Part shown: positions 1-7,035 of the stretch, one piece after another
Numbering within the stretch: the first letter of the stretch is position 1
Layout of the letters: each line of letters opens with the position of its first letter
Origin: an uncultured Gemmatimonadales bacterium
GTDB taxonomy: Bacteria > Gemmatimonadota > Gemmatimonadetes > Gemmatimonadales > JACORV01
Reading direction: 5' to 3'
Assembly (NCBI GenBank): GCA_963812035.1
Contig: CAWETG010000001.1
Span: forward strand, 132,590-196,589
Length of the DNA: 64,000 nucleotides
Notes under the pieces: model-generated
Seen by the model: only the letters and a program-made list of their open reading frames with translations
The model's database searches: none
Told to the model about the DNA's origin: nothing
Made by a program: the position numbers and the translations under genes

Positions 1-359
1 TCCACCACCACCATCCCGCTCATCGTCCCGTGCTGGGGACCGCAGTCGAACGTGCAGTACCACTCCCGGCCCCCTTCCCAGTTCGCCACGAAGCTGACTT
101 CCGCCGACATGCCAGGGTACGCGGTGACATCGAACGTCTGTCCCTCGACCCGGAAGCCGTGCGCGCTGTCCATCGCCTTCAGCGTGACGTGAATCGTGTC
201 GCCGTAGTTCGCTTTGATCTCGGTCGGCGTGAAGTGCCCGAAGTGGCCCTCGATCACCACGTCCACGCGCCGCGGCGCCGCGTGGGGCGGCGCGGCCGAG
301 ACCGCAGCCGTGGTGGCCAGAGCGGCCAGACCGATGAGCAGAATGCGTGCTGCGATCAT
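1..359 (-). CDS. Secreted cupredoxin-domain protein with CuA-type Cx3Cx3Hx2M motif (partial, 3' end beyond window)
   Basis: Own minus-strand translation from ATG 357-359: MIAARILLIGLAALATTAAVSAAP (signal peptide) ... EWYCTFDCGPQHGTMSGMVVV. Open to position 1, so absent from the ORF track. Confidence 0.6.
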   Translation of the reverse strand, partial: MIAARILLIGLAALATTAAVSAAPPHAAPRRVDVVIEGHFGHFTPTEIKANYGDTIHVTLKAMDSAHGFRVEGQTFDVTAYPGMSAEVSFVANWEGGREWYCTFDCGPQHGTMSGMVVV

Positions 360-516
360 GATTGCGACTCGTATCTTGAGTGAAGTAGTCGTATTATAAA
401 TGGTGGCGGCGGCGGGCGGTAGCTCCGGCATCATTCGTGCTACAAAACGGCCTGGCGCCAACTATATTCCGCGACGGAGTTTCAACCTTCTTTCTTCAAC
501 TGCGGAGAACACTGCT

Positions 517-723
517 ATGCCGAAGAAGTCAGCCAAGCCTGCGGCGAAGAAGGCTGCGAAGAAGAGCCCGATGGCCGAGGGCGAGGGCTACTGCGTGAAG
601 TGCAAGGCGAAGCGCGCTATGGCGAACGTGAAGAAGGTGAAGATGGCCAATGGCCGGCCCGCACTGAAGGGCACCTGCCCCGAGTGCGGCACCGGCATGT
701 TCAAGATCCTTCCCCCGTCCTGA
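517..723 (+). CDS. Small Lys-rich zinc-ribbon protein (DUF5679-like)
   Basis: Frame of ORF 400..723. Internal ATG 517 gives MPKKSAKPAAKKAAKK...YCVKCKAKR...GTCPECGTGMFKI (CxxC...CxxC). Start choice inferred. Confidence 0.6.
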   Translation: MPKKSAKPAAKKAAKKSPMAEGEGYCVKCKAKRAMANVKKVKMANGRPALKGTCPECGTGMFKILPPS

Positions 724-729
724 GGCAAG

Positions 730-1962
730 ATGAGCCGGTCCGCGCAGTACCTCACCGAGGTCGTCAAGTACAGCGCCAACAACTACAAGCCGCTGCCCGT
801 GGTCCTCGAGCGCGGCGAGGGCGCATGGGTGTGGGACGTTGATGGCAAGAAGTATCTCGATTGCCTGAGCGCCTACTCCGCCGTCAACCAGGGTCACTGC
901 CACCCGGCCATCGTGAAGGCGGCGCAGGAGCAGGCGGCGCGTTTGACGCTGACGTCGCGCGCCTTCCACAACGACCAGATGGGCCCATTCCTCCACCAGC
1001 TGTGCGAGCTGGCGGGCTTCGCCAAGGCTCTGCCCATGAATTCCGGCGCCGAGGCGGTTGAGACGGCGATCAAGGCCATCCGGAAATGGGGCTACAAGGT
1101 CAAGGGCATCCCGGCCAACAAGGCGGAGATCATCGTGTCGGCCGGCAACTTCCATGGCCGCACCACCACGATCATCTCCTTCTCGACCGAAGAGCAGTAC
1201 AAGGACGGGTTCGGGCCACTGACGCCCGGCTTCAAGATCATCCCGTTCGGCGACGCTGACGCGCTCGAGAAGGCGATCACGCCCAACACCTGCGCGTTCC
1301 TCACCGAGCCGTTGCAGGGCGAGGCCGGGGTGATTGTGGCGAAGCCTGGCTGGCTCAAGAGGGTGCGGGAGATCTGCACCAAGCACAACGTCCTCTGGGT
1401 GGACGACGAGATCCAGACGGGTCTCGGCCGGACCGGCAAGATGTTCGCCTGGCAGTGGGAGGGTGCGCGCCCCGACGCGCTGATCGTCGGGAAGGCAGTC
1501 GCCGGCGGGATGTACCCGGTGTCGGCGTTCCTGGCGGACGAGAACGTGATGGGCGTCTACACGCCTGGCGACCACGGCTCGACCTTTGGCGGCAATCCGT
1601 TCGGGGCCGCGATCGGGCGGGTGGCGCTCAAGGTGCTGGTGGACGAGAAGCTGGCTGACCGCGCGCAGGAATTGGGCACCTGGTTCATGGACGAGCTGCG
1701 GAAGATCGAGACCTCCAGTGTGGTTGAGGTGCGCGGCAAGGGGCTGCTGATCGGCGTCGAGATCAAGGTCGAGGCCGGCACGGCCCGACCCTTCTGCGAG
1801 GCGTTGGCGGGGCGTGGGATACTCTGCAAAGAGACGCACGACCAGGTGGTGCGTTTCGCGCCGCCGTTGACGGTCTCCAAGGCGGACCTGCAGTGGGCGT
1901 TGCCGAAGATCGCCGAGGTGCTGGCGATGAGCTTCGGCCCGGCGATGGCCGCGGCGCACTAG
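730..1962 (+). CDS. rocD: Ornithine--oxo-acid aminotransferase (class III PLP aminotransferase)
   Basis: ORF 730..1962. YSANNYKPLPVVLERGEGAWVWDVDGKKYLDCLSAYSAVNQGHCHP and DEIQTGLGRTGK are typical of ornithine aminotransferases. Confidence 0.85.
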   Translation: MSRSAQYLTEVVKYSANNYKPLPVVLERGEGAWVWDVDGKKYLDCLSAYSAVNQGHCHPAIVKAAQEQAARLTLTSRAFHNDQMGPFLHQLCELAGFAKALPMNSGAEAVETAIKAIRKWGYKVKGIPANKAEIIVSAGNFHGRTTTIISFSTEEQYKDGFGPLTPGFKIIPFGDADALEKAITPNTCAFLTEPLQGEAGVIVAKPGWLKRVREICTKHNVLWVDDEIQTGLGRTGKMFAWQWEGARPDALIVGKAVAGGMYPVSAFLADENVMGVYTPGDHGSTFGGNPFGAAIGRVALKVLVDEKLADRAQELGTWFMDELRKIETSSVVEVRGKGLLIGVEIKVEAGTARPFCEALAGRGILCKETHDQVVRFAPPLTVSKADLQWALPKIAEVLAMSFGPAMAAAH

Positions 1963-1991
1963 CCGCGCCGGCGTACAGTGTGCAGTCGTGA

Positions 1992-2025
1992 GCGGGGCGC
2001 CGGTAACGGCGCCCCGTCGCGTTTC
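1992..2025 (+). terminator. Hairpin downstream of rocD (about 10-bp GC stem, GTAA loop, short T run)
   Basis: gcggggcgccg-gtaa-cggcgccccg followed by tcgcgtttc, 30 nt after the rocD stop. Confidence 0.45.
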
Positions 2026-2302
2026 AGCGTGGCTACGGGGGGGAACGCTAAGCTGCCGTGGAAGCGCGGCATGACGGCGCCCTAACGGCCGCCTAACGCC
2101 CGCACATTAGGCTGCGAGCCTGGCAGTGTTTCCGCGGCGGACGTTCTTGACCGAGGAGCGTGCAAGTGCGGACTTGGCTGGCGCTTGGCGGCGCATCATT
2201 CCATTGCAGCGCGGTGCTATGCTGCGAGCCTTGCATGCTTGAGTGCCGGCCGATCCCGGTCCTAGTGCTGTCCAATTGTTGTTAGACGGCAGCGGAGCCC
2301 CG

Positions 2303-2839
2303 ATGCGCATCGCGGCTGTGTTGGCTCTAGTTACGGTGAGCCTGACTGGCTGTCAGCAGCGGCTCAGTCGGATCGACCCGGTGCTCGTGTGCGATAGCGT
2401 CAGCAACCATACGGACTGGCGACCGATCGGCGTCGGCGCCAGCCTCACAGTTTCAGTCCCTTGGTCTCTGCAGCATCCGGAGCAATTCGACCAACTCGGG
2501 CCGGTTCCGAAGAGTCAGCAGTGGTACAGTCGGGACCTCAGCGTCGAGTGGGACATGAAGCCTCGCTCCGCCGATGGCTCGGTGGATTCGCTACGTCCTC
2601 TCCCTTCGCGGCCAGACTCGACGGCGGCGTCTCCAGCGTGTTCCGCGCCGGCGCCCGAGGGCTGGGTCACGCTTACCTACATATGGCAGGATCGCCGCAC
2701 TCGCGTCCTGGCCATCTACAGCATTTCGCGCGCACCCAGTCGTCAGGTCTACGGTCTGTACATTGTAGCCCGTACCGACTCGACCTTTCGGGACGCGCTG
2801 GCGATTGCGAAGTCACTCAGGATTGCCGGGGGACCTTAG
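2303..2839 (+). CDS. Hypothetical lipoprotein
   Basis: Frame of ORF 2243..2839. Internal ATG 2303 gives MRIAAVLALVTVSLTGCQQ (lipobox LTGC). Sits in a visibly less GC-rich stretch. Confidence 0.55.
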   Translation: MRIAAVLALVTVSLTGCQQRLSRIDPVLVCDSVSNHTDWRPIGVGASLTVSVPWSLQHPEQFDQLGPVPKSQQWYSRDLSVEWDMKPRSADGSVDSLRPLPSRPDSTAASPACSAPAPEGWVTLTYIWQDRRTRVLAIYSISRAPSRQVYGLYIVARTDSTFRDALAIAKSLRIAGGP

Positions 2840-2842
2840 GAT

Positions 2843-2874
2843 GGCGCTGCCGCCTAACCAGCGCCTGCAGCGGC
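2843..2874 (+). repeat. Stop-codon-in-hairpin motif, copy 1 (ggcgctg-ccgccTAAc-cagcgcc then gcagcggc)
   Basis: Similar to 6055-6082 (two substitutions and one 3-nt indel over about 28 nt) and to 3999-4018. Lies 4 nt after the TAG of gene 2303..2839, and its TAA is in frame with that gene. Confidence 0.6.
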
Positions 2875-3053
2875 CTGCGGTATGCCGCTGTGGAGAGTAC
2901 CAGATTCCACCCTGCCCGGCACGGTGCCCCCTGCCGCAAAGAACGCTGCGGAGCGCACCGGACTCGGGGGCGCGCGATGACGCCCGCCGTCGAGGCTGGG
3001 CCGCCCGTTCTGGCGGGCCGGCATCTCGACCATTCGACGGAGTAGTATTGGAG

Positions 3054-3530
3054 ATGCAGACTGCGTTCCCCGTACGCCTGCTCGTCGCCGTATCCTCGGC
3101 TCTCGTCCTCGTTGCCGCTGTGTCTACCTGCAGTGGCGAGCCGTTCGCAAATTACCCGGCCTCCTCCTCAACCTCTGCGAACAAGCTGGTCTTCGAATTG
3201 CAGCCTACGGTCGTAGCCGCCGGAGCCATCTTCACTCCCCCGGTGGTGGTGGCAGTCCAAGATGCGTCCGGGAACACATTCACGACAGCGACCACCAGCG
3301 TGACAGTGGCGATTGGGACCAACCCGGCGGCCGGCACGCTGGCGGGAACGACCACGGTCCCGGCGGTTGGCGGGCTGGCGACCTTTGTGGACCTGAGCAT
3401 TGACAAGGTGGGCGCAGGCTACACACTCACCGCGGCCGCGCCCGGGCTCACCGGCGCGACCAGCAGCGCCATCAACGTGACGATCGGCGCGGCGAGCAGG
3501 CTGACCTTCACGGCCGGCGCAGGGCCTTGA
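3054..3530 (+). CDS. Secreted Ig-like repeat protein, apparently 3'-truncated
   Basis: Frame of ORF 2805..3530. ATG 3054 gives MQTAFPVRLLVAVSSALVLVAAVSTCSG. One full domain starts ANKLVFELQP. A second repeat starts ASRLTFTAG and stops after 12 residues. Confidence 0.5.
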   Translation: MQTAFPVRLLVAVSSALVLVAAVSTCSGEPFANYPASSSTSANKLVFELQPTVVAAGAIFTPPVVVAVQDASGNTFTTATTSVTVAIGTNPAAGTLAGTTTVPAVGGLATFVDLSIDKVGAGYTLTAAAPGLTGATSSAINVTIGAASRLTFTAGAGP

Positions 3531-3657
3531 GGACGACTGTCCGGTGGTGCACGACTTGGCGCGCGATATAGACAGTCGCCATCCCACCCCTGCCGCGAAC
3601 GTGGGCGGGTTCCCCGTCGCGCAGGCGCGAGGCGTCGCGCGCGCCGCGGAGGTCCAC
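3508..3657 (-). pseudogene. Remnant of a Ser/Thr protein kinase N-terminus (subdomains I-II only)
   Basis: Tail of ORF 3508..3819: ...RGRGGMATVYIARQVVHHRTVVLKALRRP*. It matches the GxGxxxxVY ... VxLK ... LRP pattern of Hanks kinases, then stops. Overlaps the 3' end of the convergent Ig-like gene by 23 nt. Confidence 0.5.
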
Positions 3658-3659
3658 GC

Positions 3660-4007
3660 GTGACCCGACAGGGATTCTATTCCGCTGTGGTCCTCGCGTG
3701 CTTGTGGGGGGGGGTCGGGCTGGGTTGCCGAGGACAACCGAGCGCGCCGCTGGAGCAGTGCGGCCTGCCCGCTGACTCGATCGCCGTGTTTGTTCTCTTC
3801 CGGGACCGCCAGACGACACAGGACTCGGTGACGGACGTTGACCGCCGGGCCGTCACGCAGGCGGCTGGGCTGATCGCGTTCATCTATACGATCATCCCAC
3901 AGGTGTCGGTGCACCTGCCGAAGGCGAACCTGAGCCAGTTCAAAGCGAACCAGGCGGTTCTGACCGTTGATGACGCCTCGGGCTGCGTCTATGCGCAGGG
4001 CGCCTAA
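3660..4007 (+). CDS. Hypothetical secreted protein or lipoprotein
   Basis: ORF 3660..4007 (GTG start). N-terminal hydrophobic segment AVVLACLWGGVGLGC. No recognisable domain. Confidence 0.4.
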   Translation: MTRQGFYSAVVLACLWGGVGLGCRGQPSAPLEQCGLPADSIAVFVLFRDRQTTQDSVTDVDRRAVTQAAGLIAFIYTIIPQVSVHLPKANLSQFKANQAVLTVDDASGCVYAQGA

Positions 4008-4018
4008 TCGGCGCCTGG
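3999..4018 (+). repeat. Stop-codon-in-hairpin motif, copy 2 (ggcgcc-TAAtc-ggcgcc)
   Basis: GGCGCC/GGCGCC stem. The TAA stop of gene 3660..4007 (4005-4007) lies in the loop. Confidence 0.55.
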
Positions 4019-4036
4019 GCATCCGGAGAGCACACC

Positions 4037-4426
4037 ATGGCGATCCTTCCGCTTAACCTGACCCGACTCGCGCTGCTGTGCGGGCTCCTGGTGGGGACAG
4101 CTTTCTCTTCGGCATCGTGTCGTAGCCCGACCTCGCCGAGCCCTTTCGAAGTCGATGGCCTGCCCTCGCGAACGCTGGCGGTTGTTGTAGGCCAGGAGAT
4201 CCGTGTCGAGGTGGCCAATATCGGGCCGGGAGCGTACGTGAGCCCGCCGACCATATCGAGCTCCGCCGTGCGCTTCTTGGACGTGTCGCTCTGTTGCACG
4301 AACCCCGGTGGCGTGGACCAGGTATTTCGGTTCGTGGCGGCAGCTCCCGGTCTCGTGACCGTTGCGTTTCAAAACACGTGGCCAAGCCTCGACCCAGAAA
4401 TTGACGACACCATGATCGTGTGGTGA
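4037..4426 (+). CDS. Hypothetical lipoprotein
   Basis: ORF 4037..4426. Signal plus lipobox LLVGTAFSSASC. No domain recognised. Confidence 0.5.
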   Translation: MAILPLNLTRLALLCGLLVGTAFSSASCRSPTSPSPFEVDGLPSRTLAVVVGQEIRVEVANIGPGAYVSPPTISSSAVRFLDVSLCCTNPGGVDQVFRFVAAAPGLVTVAFQNTWPSLDPEIDDTMIVW

Positions 4427-4486
4427 ATGGCGAGCTGGTCGGCTCGACCGTACTCTCACGCTTGACCGCATCCAAGGAGGATTGCC

Positions 4487-5380
4487 ATGCGCTCTCGCCT
4501 CGGCCGTCGCCTGCCTCCACTCGCGGTGTTGGGCGTGGCGCTTGCTGCGGGATGCCATAGGGCGCCGCCACTGCTGACGCCGTCCGTTGCGCCGGCTCCC
4601 GAGGCCGTGCTCCTGAGACTTCACGGGCGGATCGGCCAGGCGCGGCACATCCGTCTCGCGCTGGACAATTTCGTGCACCTTGGCCCCGGCGAGCCGCCGT
4701 CTGGCGACAGCGCGCCGCCGACCATGCGCATGATCCAGTTCGCCACCGAGTCCGTGACCGCCGTGTCCGGCGATACGATAACGGTGGTACGCGTTACGGA
4801 CTCAAGCCGGATGAACATGCCGGGTCTGGATCCCTCCAGTGCCATGTTCGACAGTCTCGGCCGCGGTATGACGATTACCACGAAGATGGACAGTCGCGGG
4901 CGAGCCATCTCCACAGAGATTCGGGGATCCCCGTGGCTTGACCAGCAGATGGCGTCGCTGCGCAGGTTGCTCCCCGGTACAGACACGTCCGGCACCGCAT
5001 CCCGCGGCACGTTTACTCGCCTGCCCGACCGCCCAGTCCGCGTGGGTGAGACGTGGGCCGACACCTCCAGTCCACCGCAGGCCTTGGGAGGTCCCACCGG
5101 AGCCGTAGTCACCACCTGTCGTCTCGAGCGCATCGAGACGCGCGGTGGGCGCCGCGTCGCGATCATCGTGTTCGACGTCGTGACGCCGCCGATGCGCCTC
5201 GACACGCCGATGCGTATCTCGAGCGGACCGATGCACACAATCGGCGAGTTGCAGCTCGATCTCAACGCCGGATGGGTCGTAGGCCTCTCAATGACGATGA
5301 CCGGGTCGACGCACACTGCGATGGGGGATGTGTCCATGCGCATGGTGACCCGCCAGACGACGCTCGAGGAGAAGCCATGA
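4487..5380 (+). CDS. Hypothetical lipoprotein, paralog of 23710..24525
   Basis: ORF 4487..5380. Signal LGVALAAGC. Shares DSSRMNMPG, VRVGETWADTS and CRLERIETRGG blocks with the other copy. Confidence 0.6.
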   Translation: MRSRLGRRLPPLAVLGVALAAGCHRAPPLLTPSVAPAPEAVLLRLHGRIGQARHIRLALDNFVHLGPGEPPSGDSAPPTMRMIQFATESVTAVSGDTITVVRVTDSSRMNMPGLDPSSAMFDSLGRGMTITTKMDSRGRAISTEIRGSPWLDQQMASLRRLLPGTDTSGTASRGTFTRLPDRPVRVGETWADTSSPPQALGGPTGAVVTTCRLERIETRGGRRVAIIVFDVVTPPMRLDTPMRISSGPMHTIGELQLDLNAGWVVGLSMTMTGSTHTAMGDVSMRMVTRQTTLEEKP

Positions 5381-5471
5381 CTCGGGACCGGTTGTTGTGT
5401 GGCTGGCGGGCGGTCGCCCGCCGCTGAGGCGTGATTCGTCAAGGAGCGTCCCCCGAGCAGCGGAGAGCCAC

Positions 5472-6065
5472 GTGCCCGAGAAAGCTGTCTACTTCCTGGT
5501 CTTCCCAGGCTTCGCCGATTGGGAGGCGGCCCACGCGCTCGCCGAAGTGCGCCGGCATGGCGACTATCGGGTGCAAGTAGTTGGACTAACCCGGGAGCCG
5601 GTAGAGTCGATGGGTGGCCTAACGGTGCACCCGACGTGCAGCCTCTCCGAACTGGACCTCAACGATGTGGCTCTGTTCATTCTGCCGGGCGGGGACCGCT
5701 GGGAGCAGCAGCCGGTGGAGCAGGCGCTGGTAAGCGTCCTCGCTGCGCTCTTCGACCGAGGGGTACCGATCGCCGCGATCTGCGCCGCCACGACGGCAGT
5801 TGCCCGCGCGGGCCTGTTGCGCGGGCGTCGTCACACGAGCAACGGCTTGGCGTACCTCAAGCAGCACGCTCCGGGCTACACCGAATCCGCTGGTTATGTG
5901 GACGCTCCCGCTGTCCGGGACGGCGGGCTGATTACGGCCAGCGGCCTGGCTGACGTCGAATTTGCCCGCGAGATCATGGCGGAGCTCGGCGTGCTCACCG
6001 AGGAGGAGCGCGCATTCTGGGCGACCATGTTCCGACGGGGCCGCCTGCCGACGGACGCTGCCTGA
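5472..6065 (+). CDS. DJ-1/PfpI family (type 1 glutamine amidotransferase-like) protein
   Basis: Frame of ORF 5397..6065. GTG 5472 chosen as start. VYFLVFPGFADWE, ILPGG and the nucleophile-elbow-like IAAICAAT. Confidence 0.7.
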   Translation: MPEKAVYFLVFPGFADWEAAHALAEVRRHGDYRVQVVGLTREPVESMGGLTVHPTCSLSELDLNDVALFILPGGDRWEQQPVEQALVSVLAALFDRGVPIAAICAATTAVARAGLLRGRRHTSNGLAYLKQHAPGYTESAGYVDAPAVRDGGLITASGLADVEFAREIMAELGVLTEEERAFWATMFRRGRLPTDAA

Positions 6066-6082
6066 CCAGCGCCCGCAGCGGC
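6055..6082 (+). repeat. Stop-codon-in-hairpin motif, copy 3 (cgctg-ccTGAc-cagcg then cccgcagcggc)
   Basis: Contains the TGA stop of the DJ-1 gene (6063-6065). Near-identical to 2843-2874 apart from a 3-nt indel and 2 substitutions. Confidence 0.6.
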
Positions 6083-6204
6083 GGGCACTCGCGGCTCGAT
6101 GCTTGCTTGCCTCTTGATTGCCCCGAGGTCGCGCACCTGTGGTCAGGCTGGCGGGGCGGTCACCCGTCGCTGAGAACCAATGCGTCAGGCTGCAGGAGGA
6201 GGCG

Positions 6205-7017
6205 ATGACAAGAGACTTCCCCGGCTCGGCTCCCGAACCGCATCGGCGATTTCTCCGGAATCTGATCGAGCGGTTGAGCACGGACACGCGAATCGTGGGC
6301 GTCGCGGCCGGCGGCTCATATCTCACCGATTCCATGGACGAATTCAGCGATCTGGATCTCGTCATCGCCATCGAGCCGCGAGACTACGTGGCCGTGCTGG
6401 CCAATTGCCGGCCGATTGCCGCGTCGCTGGGGCATCTCGTTGCAGCCTTCACCGGCGAACATGTCGGCGAGTCACGGCTGCTCATCTGTCTGTACCAGGA
6501 ACCCCTCCTGCACGTCGATCTGAAGTTCGTCGACCTTCGAGAGGTCGCACCGCGAGTCGAGGACCCGGCGGTGCTCTGGGAGCGCGAGGGACGCCTTTCC
6601 CGGTCGCTCCACGAAGGGAGGCCGGACTACCCGACTCCGGATCCGCGGTGGATCGAGGATCGGTTCTGGACCTGGGTGCACTACGCCGCGACGAAGATCG
6701 GCAGGGGTGAGCTGTTCGAGGCGTTGGACGGCCTTGCGTTCCTGCGGCGGACGGTCCTGGGGCCGTTGGGCCTCATGCGGGCGGGTCGGCGTCCGGCCGG
6801 CGTGCGTAAGATCGAGACGGCAGCGCCGGAGTTCGCACGGAAACTGCGTGAGACCGTTGCGCGCTACGATGCAATCGATTGTTCTCGTGCTCTGCGAGCG
6901 TGCGTTGACCTCTATCGATCTGTGCGCCCTCCAGTGATCGGCACCGACGGCGGCGGAGAGGCGGAGCGGGCCGCGATGGAGTACGTGTCCAGAGTGGAAG
7001 CGCGATCGAGGGGCTGA
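6205..7017 (+). CDS. Nucleotidyltransferase-domain protein with ANT(6)/Lnu-like architecture
   Basis: Frame of ORF 6118..7017. ATG 6205 preceded by aggagga. GGSYLTDSMDEFSDLDLVI (NTase GS...DxD) followed by RFWTWVHYAATKIGRGELFEALDGLAFLR helical-domain pattern. Confidence 0.6.
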   Translation: MTRDFPGSAPEPHRRFLRNLIERLSTDTRIVGVAAGGSYLTDSMDEFSDLDLVIAIEPRDYVAVLANCRPIAASLGHLVAAFTGEHVGESRLLICLYQEPLLHVDLKFVDLREVAPRVEDPAVLWEREGRLSRSLHEGRPDYPTPDPRWIEDRFWTWVHYAATKIGRGELFEALDGLAFLRRTVLGPLGLMRAGRRPAGVRKIETAAPEFARKLRETVARYDAIDCSRALRACVDLYRSVRPPVIGTDGGGEAERAAMEYVSRVEARSRG

Positions 7018-7035
7018 CCCGTAGATGGAGGGGGG

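Noticed and set aside
2076-6082. Possible integron cassette array or CALIN: small orphan genes each followed by a motif containing gcctaac, which fits the attC inverse core RYYYAAC.
   Set aside because: No partner GTTRRRY core lies at attC-compatible distance. The only gttagac is at about 2284, roughly 190 nt away. There is no extended R''-L''/L'-R' palindrome and no intI gene in the window. The motifs are better explained as short stop-codon hairpins.
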